A model generated the notes under the pieces. It worked only from the letters and a program-made list of their open reading frames with translations. It was not told the origin of the DNA and did no database searches. Positions 39,845-50,040 of a stretch of 64,000 bases of DNA are shown here, piece by piece. How positions within the stretch are numbered: the first letter of the stretch is position 1; each line of letters begins with the position of its first letter. The DNA is taken from sequence record OP856590.1. One strand, given 5' to 3'. The translations under genes were made by a program, and so were the position numbers. Source of the stretch: Escherichia phage Ec_MI-02.

Positions 39845-39846
39845 AA

Positions 39847-40059
39847 CTATTCCTTACTAAGAGCAGCATTCAGCTTATTAGTAATTTTATCCAGACGCTC
39901 ATTGAACTCACTAGAAGACAGTCCTTTTTCTGGAGAAATCAAACTAATCACGAAAAATATAGCAATAAAAGGAATAAGGAAAATAGCTCCAACTGCCATA
40001 AACAAAAAGAACGTTACAGTTGTAAGAAAATCAGCTAAACCTTTACGAAATTTATACAT
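39847..40059 (-). CDS. small membrane protein (70 aa)
   Basis: ATG start; one TM helix. Confidence 0.5.
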   Translation of the reverse strand: MYKFRKGLADFLTTVTFFLFMAVGAIFLIPFIAIFFVISLISPEKGLSSSEFNERLDKITNKLNAALSKE

Positions 40060-40174
40060 ATTTTACCCTTAATTGATTAACCAAGCATTGATAAGCACTA
40101 AACTATATTGCGAATAAAATTCTGGACCAAAATGAAAAACCATATCATTTATAGTGTCCATAATATAATTCAAT

Positions 40175-40645
40175 TTAATCATGTTTCCACACCCCATCGG
40201 TATTTGACCAAAGTCGCTGATTATCTGATCCTCGCCACAACTTTTTGGTCGGAAGATTTTTCTCATACTTCCCATCAATAATAACATCAACATATTTAAG
40301 CATTTCTAGTTGTTTAATATCTTCAAATTTATATCCTGTCCACAACCAAATGCTTTTATTTGGATAAAGATTTTTTACTGTTTGAACAATGCAATGAATA
40401 ACATCTCGGTTATCAGGATAGAGAGGGTCTCCTCCAGTTATAGTTAATCCTTCTATATAATCATTATTCAAACATTTAATTAATTGTTCCAGCGTTTCAC
40501 CAGTGAATGGAACACCGTTTCTAGCATTCCATGTTGATTTATTATAACACCCTTCGCATTTATGCAAACAACCTGTAACGAAAAGAACAGTTCGGCACCC
40601 AGGACCATTAACAAAGCAACACGGATATATTCTGTCATAATTCAT
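40175..40645 (-). CDS. nrdG: anaerobic ribonucleotide reductase activating protein NrdG (156 aa)
   Basis: radical-SAM cluster CLHKCEGC; 156 aa. Confidence 0.85.
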   Translation of the reverse strand: MNYDRIYPCCFVNGPGCRTVLFVTGCLHKCEGCYNKSTWNARNGVPFTGETLEQLIKCLNNDYIEGLTITGGDPLYPDNRDVIHCIVQTVKNLYPNKSIWLWTGYKFEDIKQLEMLKYVDVIIDGKYEKNLPTKKLWRGSDNQRLWSNTDGVWKHD

Positions 40646-41474
40646 TTATATATTTCCAATTATAGCCTTCAACACTTTTACGTTCGCCATTTAAACATTT
40701 TAAAATATTTCCTTTGCTAGAAATATTAAAATATTTTGCTGCGTCTGGTATATAATTAAATGTTTTTAAAAGAACACCATCTTTGTATGCGCCAAATAAA
40801 TTAAGAGTATATTTTTCTCGAAGACGCTGATGTTTCCTTTTCATAACCTCAGGATTTGCATACGCCAGCTTTAATGAATTTCTATGTTTTTCTTTTACTT
40901 CAGGTTTTTGCATTGCTAACTTAGTTAGCCTGGAAATTTTATTTCTAACTTTATCAGTTTTCATTGCATTTGACAAATTTAATAAAGTTTTATTTCTAAC
41001 TTCAGGTTTTTGCATTGCTAACTTAGTTAGTTCGCTATGTCTTTTTCTAAAATCGTCATCTTTCCATATATTTTTCGATAATTTTGACATAGAGCGGTGA
41101 AATAATTCCCTTTCTTTGGAATACAGTTTAAAAATTTCATCCAATTCATCAGTATTAAATCTATCAGTATTCGAGTTTATCATTCTATGAAAGGCATAAC
41201 ACATTTTACTATTACTTGTTTTAGCTAAATAGTAATGAGCCAATGCATGGTCATAATATGACAAATTAACAATATTCCATTTATCTGTTTTATATTCAGG
41301 AAATATAGATTTGGGAAGCACGTGATGTGCTTCCGTTTTCCCCTTTATTTTAGGATTATTATAATTTTTTATTATCAAATCAACATATGACAATAATAAA
41401 TCATTATTTTCTTCAAATATTAAAGTTAATTTATCATTCACAAAATCACAGGGATAAAATCTATCGTAATTCAT
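40635..41474 (-). CDS. HNH homing endonuclease-like protein (mob-like, 279 aa)
   Basis: HNH motif AHHVLPKS...NIVNLSYYDHALAH; inserted between nrdD and nrdG; N-terminus MNYDRFYPC mimics nrdG start. Confidence 0.7.
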   Translation of the reverse strand: MNYDRFYPCDFVNDKLTLIFEENNDLLLSYVDLIIKNYNNPKIKGKTEAHHVLPKSIFPEYKTDKWNIVNLSYYDHALAHYYLAKTSNSKMCYAFHRMINSNTDRFNTDELDEIFKLYSKERELFHRSMSKLSKNIWKDDDFRKRHSELTKLAMQKPEVRNKTLLNLSNAMKTDKVRNKISRLTKLAMQKPEVKEKHRNSLKLAYANPEVMKRKHQRLREKYTLNLFGAYKDGVLLKTFNYIPDAAKYFNISSKGNILKCLNGERKSVEGYNWKYINEL

Positions 41475-43288
41475 TGGTGTTTAACCCTATGCATGATTTC
41501 TTTATTTTTTCCAAGATTAAATCCGCGTTCATTCGGATTTCCCAAATAACCACATGTTCTTCTTATTGTGTTCATCTTTTTAGGATCAGTTTCTCCACAA
41601 ATAGAACAAACAAACCCGTTTTCAGTAGGAGTCATTTCATGGGTACTTCCACACGTAAAACATTTATCTACTGGCATGTTAACACCAAAATAATCTAAAT
41701 GTTGTGCAGCATAATCCCATACAGCCTCAAGACCTTTTAGGTTATTTTTCATATCAGGAAGTTCAACATAAGAAATGTGACCACCTGTCGCAATGAAATG
41801 ATATGGTGCTTCGCGAGAAATCTTTTCAAACGGAGTGATATTTTCTTCTACTGAAACATGGAAACTGTTAGTGTACCATCCTTTATCAGTAACATCTTTT
41901 ACACTTCCATATTTTTCAGTATCAAGTTTACAGAAGCGATAACAAAGGTTTTCAGCAGGTGTAGAATACAAACTAAAAGCAAAACCGGTTCTTTCAGTCC
42001 ACTGCTTAAGACGAGCATTCATTTTAGTTAAAATTTCTTGTCCAATATCACGACCGACAAGAATATTCAATTCGTGAATACCAATGTATCCCAAAGACAC
42101 TGAACTTCTACCGTTTTTAAATAACTCAATTATATCATCATCGGGTTTAAGACGAACCCCGAATGCACCTTCTTGGTAAAGAATAGGAGCAACAGTCGCT
42201 TTAACTCCTTTTAAAGAATTAATTCTACACATCAAAGCTTCAAAGCATAAATCCATTCGCTCATTGAACAATTCGGCAAATTTTTGTTCATTGAACTGTG
42301 TTCCAATATAAGAATCTAACGCAATGCGAGGAAGATTCAGTGTTACAACACCAAGATTATTACGTCCATCAAGAATTTCATTACCAGTCGAATCTTTCCA
42401 TACGCTCAAGAAACTACGGCAACCCATTGGAGAAACAGGAATAGATGAACCGGTGATAGCTTTATTGTTCTTAGCTGAAATAATATCAGGATACATTCTT
42501 TTGCTTGCACATTCTAGAGCAAGCTGCTTAATATCATAGTTCGGATCGTCTTTATAAAGATTAACGCCTTCTTCAACAAACATAACAAGCTTAGGGAAAA
42601 TAGGAGTTATCCCATCGCGACCAAGACCTTTAATACGATTTTTCAGAATTGCTTTCTGAATCATTCGTTCAGTCCAGTCAGTTCCCGTACCAAATGTAAT
42701 TGTTACAAAAGGCGTTTGTCCGTTTGAACTAAAGAGAGTATTTACTTCATATTCATAAGCTTGGAATGCATCGTATACGTCTTTTTCTGTTTTAGATTGG
42801 GCATAATTCAACGCATCAGCGATTTGCCATTTTTCTGCGTCCTCAATATGTTTTGCATAGGTGCGTTTAACATAAGGAGAAAGTACTTTATCTACATTCG
42901 CAAAAGTCGTTCCACCGTATTGGTGAGAAGCAACCTGTGCAGTAATTTGTGCCATAATTGCAGTAGCGACGCCGATTGATTTAGGAGTTTCAATCTGCGC
43001 ATTACCGAGCTTAAATCCGTTCTCAAGCATTCCTTTTAAATCTACTAAACAGCAATTAGTAAATGGAAGAGCAGGGGAATAATCAATATCGTGGAAATGG
43101 ATAATTCCGCTTTCATGCGCTTTCATAATAAAAGACGGGACCATATTTTTGGCAATGTGTTTAGACACAATACCGGCCATAAGGTCCCGTTGAGTTGGAA
43201 AAACACGAGAATCTTTATTAGCATTCTCGTTCAAAAGGTCTTTATTAGTTTTATGAATCAATCCTTCAATTTCTTTTTCAATTGTCAT
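41471..43288 (-). CDS. nrdD: anaerobic ribonucleoside-triphosphate reductase NrdD (605 aa), intronless
   Basis: 605 aa contiguous ORF; C-terminal glycyl radical and zinc ribbon (CFTCGS...CSICG). Confidence 0.95.
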   Translation of the reverse strand: MTIEKEIEGLIHKTNKDLLNENANKDSRVFPTQRDLMAGIVSKHIAKNMVPSFIMKAHESGIIHFHDIDYSPALPFTNCCLVDLKGMLENGFKLGNAQIETPKSIGVATAIMAQITAQVASHQYGGTTFANVDKVLSPYVKRTYAKHIEDAEKWQIADALNYAQSKTEKDVYDAFQAYEYEVNTLFSSNGQTPFVTITFGTGTDWTERMIQKAILKNRIKGLGRDGITPIFPKLVMFVEEGVNLYKDDPNYDIKQLALECASKRMYPDIISAKNNKAITGSSIPVSPMGCRSFLSVWKDSTGNEILDGRNNLGVVTLNLPRIALDSYIGTQFNEQKFAELFNERMDLCFEALMCRINSLKGVKATVAPILYQEGAFGVRLKPDDDIIELFKNGRSSVSLGYIGIHELNILVGRDIGQEILTKMNARLKQWTERTGFAFSLYSTPAENLCYRFCKLDTEKYGSVKDVTDKGWYTNSFHVSVEENITPFEKISREAPYHFIATGGHISYVELPDMKNNLKGLEAVWDYAAQHLDYFGVNMPVDKCFTCGSTHEMTPTENGFVCSICGETDPKKMNTIRRTCGYLGNPNERGFNLGKNKEIMHRVKHQ

Positions 43289-43758
43289 TTTAAACTCTTT
43301 CTAAGCTGCTTCTTAAATGAAGCTATTAATTGTGTTTTAGTGTCAGATTCATTATATTCAAATCCTCTTTGAAGCATCTCAGCCATCATTTCCTCTTTTC
43401 CTAAACGAGAAAATTCCTTTGATTTATCTCCAACGAAGTTAGGGTGAATATTATTTTGGGTGTAATCGGATTTTAAATAAGTAAGTAAATTTTCTAACCA
43501 TTCAAGATAATCAACGCCTTGCCCCTTTAAGCCAGAACGATTAAATTTGTGTTTCATTTGACCTTCCGCTGCATTGCAGAGATTACAGAGCAATCCACGT
43601 ACCTTTCCTGCTTTTGGTCCATTTAATTCATGGTCATGGTCAAGGTGATTAGCTTGAACATCAGGATTTAGTTCTCGTTGGCAAATTAAGCATTTACCGT
43701 TTTGTGCGTTATAAAATTTCTGTTTTTCTTCTTTGTATAATTTGCCAGTCAATAACAT
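43285..43758 (-). CDS. 49: endonuclease VII (Holliday junction resolvase, 157 aa)
   Basis: 157 aa; zinc motif CLICQ...CNLCN. Confidence 0.9.
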   Translation of the reverse strand: MLLTGKLYKEEKQKFYNAQNGKCLICQRELNPDVQANHLDHDHELNGPKAGKVRGLLCNLCNAAEGQMKHKFNRSGLKGQGVDYLEWLENLLTYLKSDYTQNNIHPNFVGDKSKEFSRLGKEEMMAEMLQRGFEYNESDTKTQLIASFKKQLRKSLK

Positions 43759-43803
43759 AATAAAACCCTTACCTTGAATAGATAAGGGTATTTATTATTT
43801 TCA

Positions 43804-43977
43804 AGTATTGTAAAACATTCGATGCAATCGCTTATATTGCCGAATCATCTTTTTAGTAGGACGAGAATAAGTTCCTACACAAGTGGTCATATTAGAGTCG
43901 GTAGGACTTCCTTTAATAAAAAGTTTCCAAACCTTACCACCATTTAACTTTTCAGTATAAATTAATTCGGTTTTCAT
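43804..43977 (-). CDS. small hypothetical protein (57 aa)
   Basis: not in track; TAATG coupling with upstream gene; MKTELIYTEKLNGGKVWK. Confidence 0.35.
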
Positions 43978-44423
43978 TAAAACGCTCGGTCAGAAAAAGA
44001 ATTTTGAGTTTCAAGCCATTCAATATATTCTGCCGCAGCTTGCATCAAATTTCCTTCATAACCATCGTTATTTTCTTGTGCAGCTAATTTAGCTAATGCA
44101 TATGAAATGCGTTCACCTTGAAAAGCGGCTTTAGGTTTATGAATAACTTGATCAACTCGTTCTACGACCTCTTCAATTTCGCCATTTTCTACTGATTCAG
44201 TATTCCATAAGCACCAATAGGCAGTTGGCTTATCGTAGATGTTAATAATCTTTCCACCAGAAAGTTCAATTTCAATAATTCCAGTATCAGGTTCTATATC
44301 ATCTTCACATTCTTTTACAAGTTCACGAACTTTAAAGACAGTACCTGCACCAAGTTCCGGCCAGTAATTACACAGCTCTTTATCAGCACGATTAATTTTA
44401 AACCACTTATCTACTGCAATCAT
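43977..44423 (-). CDS. hypothetical protein (148 aa)
   Basis: track start TTG; ATG with GGAGATGG SD. Confidence 0.5.
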   Translation of the reverse strand: MIAVDKWFKINRADKELCNYWPELGAGTVFKVRELVKECEDDIEPDTGIIEIELSGGKIINIYDKPTAYWCLWNTESVENGEIEEVVERVDQVIHKPKAAFQGERISYALAKLAAQENNDGYEGNLMQAAAEYIEWLETQNSFSDRAF

Positions 44424-44546
44424 ATCCCATCTCCATATCAATTAAGTCGTTTATCGTTGGTTCATTATATACTGTTTCTTCATCAGTGTAAACCGGTTCT
44501 TCCGGCTCTGGCTCTACAGTTTCCCATCTAGCCGCCCACCAAGGTT

Positions 44547-44867
44547 TTATAGCGTAATCCATTCTCGTATTGTCTGAGTTACTACACGTTCATGGGGCTC
44601 GACTAGTTCAACAGTCGGAACTGCATAATACCAGTCAGAATGGTAAGAACCTGAGCGAGTTTCATTTACAGACACATGAACGTTATGTTTTGGACTAAAA
44701 TAAACACACTGACGATATTGGCATTTGCCATCTTGTACCCAATCTTCTATTTCGACAGGTTTAAGATAATCCGAAAAATCGAAATCATAATTTTCTGAAA
44801 ATCCATCATGGTCTTCGATGATTTCGCTCAGAACTGCATCAACATCTAATTTATTTTCAATATTCAT
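44547..44867 (-). CDS. hypothetical protein (106 aa)
   Basis: ATG start. Confidence 0.5.
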   Translation of the reverse strand: MNIENKLDVDAVLSEIIEDHDGFSENYDFDFSDYLKPVEIEDWVQDGKCQYRQCVYFSPKHNVHVSVNETRSGSYHSDWYYAVPTVELVEPHERVVTQTIREWITL

Positions 44868-44877
44868 TTTTCACCAA

Positions 44878-45087
44878 TTAATTTCGCAATTTATTAAGTT
44901 CTTCATAATCAATCCAGGATTCTAGTCCTGATGGCAAATCAGATTCAATTTCCCAAAGAAGTTCTTCAATTTTCTGAAGACGATCTAGTTCTTCAGCTGG
45001 AATAGTAACCATTGATGGAGCTCTTGATACACTAATATCGTAAATCATATTTACCCCAGTTTGACCATACAATCGCCATATTTCCAT
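44878..45087 (-). CDS. hypothetical protein (69 aa)
   Basis: ATG start. Confidence 0.45.
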   Translation of the reverse strand: MEIWRLYGQTGVNMIYDISVSRAPSMVTIPAEELDRLQKIEELLWEIESDLPSGLESWIDYEELNKLRN

Positions 45088-45266
45088 TTAGAAATAGACT
45101 TTTCACCATTAGAATAATAAACTTCGAGTTTAGCGCGGCCATTTTTAATTTGAATAACCTTTGCTGTCATCAAAGTTCCATATCCATAATAAACTGCAAC
45201 CTCATCACCTACATATACCGCGCTTCCGCGGTAGTCATGGATATAATCAGTTCTTTCGAGCATCAT
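45051..45266 (-). CDS. hypothetical protein (71 aa)
   Basis: ATG start. Confidence 0.45.
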   Translation of the reverse strand: MMLERTDYIHDYRGSAVYVGDEVAVYYGYGTLMTAKVIQIKNGRAKLEVYYSNGEKSISKWKYGDCMVKLG

Positions 45267-45526
45267 TTAAAGTATTCCCGCAATTGATCAAATCCACCAA
45301 TATGACTTCCATCAGGAGCAAATACTTGTGGCATTGTCAAACCAATTTGAGTATCACGACCTAGTTTCGTCAGAAGCTCAGCGATTTTCTCATCATCAAA
45401 AACACCTTTTTCCGGCATAATATTGATAAATTCAAACGGCTGTTTCTTCACAGTCAAAAGACGTTTTGCATTATCGCAATACACACATTTGTGGATGTTG
45501 CTATCATAACCATATACTTTAAACAT
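45263..45526 (-). CDS. nrdC: glutaredoxin/thioredoxin NrdC (87 aa)
   Basis: 87 aa; CVYC redox motif. Confidence 0.8.
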   Translation of the reverse strand: MFKVYGYDSNIHKCVYCDNAKRLLTVKKQPFEFINIMPEKGVFDDEKIAELLTKLGRDTQIGLTMPQVFAPDGSHIGGFDQLREYFK

Positions 45527-45527
45527 A

Positions 45528-45770
45528 TTATTCCTTAATTCCTAGTACTTGTTTAAAAGTCTCGTCGTAATCAAGACTTTGGCCCGTTTGTTCTTTATGT
45601 TTGTATATAATATCACTTACTTCTGATAGCATATTTTTATATGAACGAGTTAAAGCAGATTTAAGCACGCTGTATCTATCAGGAAATTTACCATGTTCAT
45701 TATAATACGCTATTGCTAATTCACGGACTGCCTTTTCAGCAGTCTCCATATATTCTTTACGCTTTGTCAT
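45528..45770 (-). CDS. hypothetical protein (80 aa)
   Basis: ATG start. Confidence 0.5.
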
Positions 45771-46074
45771 TTTCTTCTCGGTTAAATCGGTGTTTGCAAT
45801 GACGGCATTTATAACGAAGAATACTAGTCTGCCAATGAATTAATTGAACCTGTTCAGTACCGCATTCAGGGCAATTAGGAACGTTTTTAGAAGCCCTTTC
45901 GCGACGTTCAACCATAGCCATAATAGCATCCCATGCTGGAGGTTTAAAATCTAAATCGTCACAACCATGAATCTTTCCACGCATTTCCAGATCGTCTTCT
46001 TCACCAGCCATAATAATTTTAATTAGACTGGAATTACTTGAAGCTGCAATATCTTCTAATAAGCGCTTTTTCAT
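45757..46074 (-). CDS. zinc-ribbon hypothetical protein (105 aa)
   Basis: CPECG...CRHCKH. Confidence 0.5.
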
Positions 46075-47000
46075 TTCAATACCTCAATAGCATTACGTAA
46101 ACCATTTGCTTTTGCATTAAGAGCTTTTAACAATTTGGTGTGTTCGGCAATCTGGGCTTCAACTTCAATTAAACGAGCATTGAGATATTCACGTTCTTCG
46201 CTCAGGTTATCAACCTTTTCTACTTTAGGTTCTTTTACAACTGGCTTATACGTATTAGGGTTCTTCAGTTTAATTAGAATGCGTGAGCTGTATAACATTG
46301 AACCATTATCTTCGGTTTCATCATACATTTCCACTACGTCCATAATTTTTAACATCATGCGAAGTTTATAAGACAACGAACGAATAGTTTTGTTGTGCTT
46401 ATTAATTTCTTTAGCTGTCATGGTGCCGAGATTACGTGAGTAATAATAAGGAACCTGGATATTAATTAATACTGATGAACCACCTGGCTTGTGTGTTACT
46501 TCATCAGCAATAACCCAATCCTTAACATGAACTGTATTTGTACGGTCATCGCCTGCGGTAAATAGTTTGCGAGCATGCTTAAAAAGCATATTCACTTGGG
46601 TATTGAATTGACAAGCAAATTTATCAGCAAATTTAGTTTCAGGAATGGTAGATAACCAATCAGCTAAATGGGTCTTTTTAACATCGTTAACAATAGTAAA
46701 TTCAACCAAATCGGTTATAGATGTCGCAGATTTAATGAAGCTCGGCTTCATAAAGTTTTTAATGTTATCGTGAGCTACAGTAGAAGATAACATACGAGAA
46801 CGTTTAAACCATTCAAGCAAATTGCCTAACGAATGAGAATAAGCGTTTTGAGTATCTTTACAGATATGATTTTCCTGGCCAACATATTGAAGGAAATCAC
46901 GAAGAATATTATTGATTACTGCTCTGTGTCCGATCTGATAATTACGGTGTTTAGTAATAAGACTGTCAAAATAATCAATATAATGTTTACGAGTTTTCAT
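46071..47000 (-). CDS. coiled-coil paralogue family member 1 (309 aa)
   Basis: ATG; C-terminal coiled coil; member of four-gene tandem family. Confidence 0.6.
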   Translation of the reverse strand: MKTRKHYIDYFDSLITKHRNYQIGHRAVINNILRDFLQYVGQENHICKDTQNAYSHSLGNLLEWFKRSRMLSSTVAHDNIKNFMKPSFIKSATSITDLVEFTIVNDVKKTHLADWLSTIPETKFADKFACQFNTQVNMLFKHARKLFTAGDDRTNTVHVKDWVIADEVTHKPGGSSVLINIQVPYYYSRNLGTMTAKEINKHNKTIRSLSYKLRMMLKIMDVVEMYDETEDNGSMLYSSRILIKLKNPNTYKPVVKEPKVEKVDNLSEEREYLNARLIEVEAQIAEHTKLLKALNAKANGLRNAIEVLK

Positions 47001-47052
47001 GTTCTTCTCACTTGGTTAATGATTTATACTCCGAGCCATCCTTGGCTTTAAA

Positions 47053-48054
47053 TTACTTAATTAATTGTAAAGCTTGTTCAAGACGATCCAGGCGATTAAC
47101 AGATTCTTCCCAAATCTTTTTAGCCTGCTCATATTCTTTCTGCGCTTTATTAGAAATTTCTAGAACTTCCTTATAAGCTTTTTCTAATGCAATAACTTCT
47201 GAACGAATTTCTACTGGTTCAGGTGAATCATCAAGATTATCCATTAGTTCCTCAAGGGTAGTTTCTTCTTTAGGAGTATTCACAATTTCATCACATTTTT
47301 GTTGGTAAATTTCTTTATCAGTCGGTGAGTACGCACACTTTACTTCACGGAGACTAACTACAATTTTATATCCTTCCCAACCGCATATATTCTTAAAAGG
47401 ATAAGTATGAATATTTTCTACTGTTTCCATACAAAGTAATGCAGTCTCTAATTGACGAGTTATATCGCTAGCAATTGAGAAAAATTTATTGATGTTCTTT
47501 TGATTAGCTTCTGGTGTAAAAAATTCATAATTCACAAAAATAGCTGCTTTATTTTTATCAAGTTCATATTCTTTTATGATAATCATATCAGAAGCCCAAG
47601 GATGAATTTGACGATAATCGCCATAGCATAATTTAGAAGCTGATTTTAGAATTTGCTTTTTGAAAAGTCTGAAATTACTAATCCAACGACGAGTAAAAAT
47701 ATTATCAGGATCTTCTTTAATATTACGATGATATGAATTAACATCACCGAACCAATTATATCCTACTACATCTTTAGTTCGTTTAATTTCTTTCCCAAAT
47801 TTACCGAGAATATCTTGATTAACTAAATATGAAAGAAGACGAGACCTTTTAAAGGTTTCCTTAATATCATCTTTATATTCGCGACTAGAAATTTTATGAA
47901 CTTCATGAATAAATTTGCTTGAAGAAACAATACTTGCATCAGTATTATTGAGCCACTGATTGATAATAGAAAGAACACTATTCTGACTAGACATAGGTTT
48001 AACTTTATCATCAATAACGCTATTGAATGATTTGATATATTCGTTACGAGTCAT
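47053..48054 (-). CDS. coiled-coil paralogue family member 2 (333 aa)
   Basis: track start TTG lies in promoter; ATG MTRNEYIKSF with GAGGAG SD; motif FRLFKKQILKSASKL. Confidence 0.6.
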   Translation of the reverse strand: MTRNEYIKSFNSVIDDKVKPMSSQNSVLSIINQWLNNTDASIVSSSKFIHEVHKISSREYKDDIKETFKRSRLLSYLVNQDILGKFGKEIKRTKDVVGYNWFGDVNSYHRNIKEDPDNIFTRRWISNFRLFKKQILKSASKLCYGDYRQIHPWASDMIIIKEYELDKNKAAIFVNYEFFTPEANQKNINKFFSIASDITRQLETALLCMETVENIHTYPFKNICGWEGYKIVVSLREVKCAYSPTDKEIYQQKCDEIVNTPKEETTLEELMDNLDDSPEPVEIRSEVIALEKAYKEVLEISNKAQKEYEQAKKIWEESVNRLDRLEQALQLIK

Positions 48055-48082
48055 ATTAATCTCCTCAGTAGAAAGTAAGAAC

Positions 48083-48112
48083 ATTATACCACATCCTTGT
48101 GGCAAAGTAAAC
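48083..48112 (-). promoter_or_regulatory. T4 early-type promoter
   Basis: GTTTACTTTGCCACAAGGATGTGGTATAAT; 29/30 identical to 2429..2458. Confidence 0.6.
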
Positions 48113-49134
48113 TAGTTCAGTGCATTTAGTGCATTGTTCAGTTTAGAACGTTGCTTTGTCAGATTTTGAACCCTTGACTGAGCTTGTTCTAACACCTTTT
48201 CAGCTTCTAGCACTTCATTGGTCGCTTTAACGAGTTCATCATCTACTGCCTTAAGAGACTTCTTAATCGCGTCAGCGTGCCATTTTTCTACAGGTTTAAA
48301 ATTTGAATTTTCAGTAGGAAGAAAACTCACTTTATTAAGTTTACATGCATCTATATTGCTTGAGCTATACATCCAAAATTTAGGATCGTTTGATGAGTAA
48401 TTGGATAAATTTAAGTTATCTTGCACTTCCTGCTTTTTCTCTTGCGGGATTTCGTCCTTTCTCAAAAAATCGTATTTAAATGAAACGATCATATCAAGTT
48501 CATATGTTGTTGTGTCTAATTTAAATCGCTCAAAACGAGGTAAAATCTTAGACTGAACAGCGGCAACAACATCCATATACTTAAATGCTTCTGTCAACTG
48601 CGATTTAAGGCATTCGCAAATTGAAAGAGAATTTTTTGTATTAGGTTTAAAGCTAATTCGCGCAGTTCTGTTATTTTCTTTTAATGGTCTTACTTCCATC
48701 TGAAGAGTATAACCATCAAATTTCAGGTTCTTTAAGTTAATGTCAGAACCTTTTAATCGACTAGCAGTCGACAAAATTTGCTTTAATTGTCTACGGAACA
48801 GAGCAATAAATCTCCATTCAATACGATAATGATTTGGATTGAAAAATCCAGATGATAAATCGACCTTACTTTGACCAACGCCTTGAACAAATAGAGGATT
48901 TTTATAATCAATAGTTTTACAGAAATCTGTGAGCTGCTCACGAGCAGTCATTTGTGTAATATACCCCGCTTTACTAAAATTACTCACCCATTCACTGCTA
49001 TTTAGATATTTAAAGTGATGAATAGCACGATTAACTTTATCAGGGTCTAAATTATTTTCACACAAAAATGTCATAACATTACGAGTATCGCTGGCAGTAC
49101 GAACCATATCTTCAATTTGAGAACGAGTTTTCAT
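48112..49134 (-). CDS. coiled-coil paralogue family member 3 (340 aa)
   Basis: ATG; motif FRRQLKQILSTASRLKG; C-terminal coiled coil. Confidence 0.6.
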   Translation of the reverse strand: MKTRSQIEDMVRTASDTRNVMTFLCENNLDPDKVNRAIHHFKYLNSSEWVSNFSKAGYITQMTAREQLTDFCKTIDYKNPLFVQGVGQSKVDLSSGFFNPNHYRIEWRFIALFRRQLKQILSTASRLKGSDINLKNLKFDGYTLQMEVRPLKENNRTARISFKPNTKNSLSICECLKSQLTEAFKYMDVVAAVQSKILPRFERFKLDTTTYELDMIVSFKYDFLRKDEIPQEKKQEVQDNLNLSNYSSNDPKFWMYSSSNIDACKLNKVSFLPTENSNFKPVEKWHADAIKKSLKAVDDELVKATNEVLEAEKVLEQAQSRVQNLTKQRSKLNNALNALN

Positions 49135-49142
49135 GGTGTTCC

Positions 49143-50033
49143 TTAAGATTTAAGTAAATCAATAATTTTAATTAACTTTTCACGCTCAGATTTAGCTTTA
49201 CTACTCAATCCAGATAGTCTGAAAATTTCATCATCATATTGTTGAATGGAAATATTCAGCTCTTCAATCTGTTTATTAAAATAATCAATTTGTTCAGAAT
49301 GTTTTTCGTTACTACGAACTGGTACAGGTTTTGTAGGCAATTTAGTTGAACTGGATTCATCCGGGCGATAAATTAAAATACAACTTGAACCAATAGGGCA
49401 TTTTGCACCAGATGAATATTCTAATGTTCCAGCTTCTTTTAAAACTTCAAAAGCTAAACAGAGATGATGACCCATATTGACATAATCTGTAGAGTGAGCT
49501 CTGATGTAATAATCAATGCCACGAGTACTAAATTTAAAGCATTTAAGGTCTTCTGTATTATTGGTCTTAAAAATCATTTGTTTATCTAGACCTTTAGCTA
49601 ATCGAGCGCCTAATGCTAATAATCGTCGTTGATTTTCCCACAAATCCGCAATCATTTGATCGAATGATAATTTTGGCATTAGTCGACCATAAAGGTCATA
49701 TCCTTTATTATAATTACGAAGGATTTCACTCGCGTTAATACGAGACAATGCTCCAATTTTATTAAGGGCTTTCATAATGCGATTAGATAAACTCATTCCA
49801 GACCCATTTGTTCGCTGCAAATGTTTTTCTAATCCAAATCCAATATCAACTTTAAACTTATCTAAAATTTCTGCATGAACATCTCTGTCAATAACATTCA
49901 AATCCAAAGTTGGGTTAAATCTATGAAAAAATTTATCCGGCTCTCCACGGCGAAATACAGTCCATTCATTCATCATTTTTTTATTAACTAAAGATTTAAT
50001 TACTGCATTGACATTATTAATTACTACTGACAT
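49143..50033 (-). CDS. coiled-coil paralogue family member 4 (296 aa)
   Basis: track start TTG; ATG MSVVINNV with GAGGAAAA SD; motif ENQRRLLALGARLAKG. Confidence 0.6.
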   Translation of the reverse strand: MSVVINNVNAVIKSLVNKKMMNEWTVFRRGEPDKFFHRFNPTLDLNVIDRDVHAEILDKFKVDIGFGLEKHLQRTNGSGMSLSNRIMKALNKIGALSRINASEILRNYNKGYDLYGRLMPKLSFDQMIADLWENQRRLLALGARLAKGLDKQMIFKTNNTEDLKCFKFSTRGIDYYIRAHSTDYVNMGHHLCLAFEVLKEAGTLEYSSGAKCPIGSSCILIYRPDESSSTKLPTKPVPVRSNEKHSEQIDYFNKQIEELNISIQQYDDEIFRLSGLSSKAKSEREKLIKIIDLLKS

Positions 50034-50040
50034 ATTTTCC

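Noticed and set aside
40069-40293. 74 aa ORF overlapping the 3' end of nrdG
   Set aside because: Mostly out-of-frame overlap with nrdG; only a 37 aa piece could be independent and it has weak signals
41471-43288. Group I intron in nrdD
   Set aside because: nrdD is a single uninterrupted 605 aa ORF; no intron-sized non-coding insert
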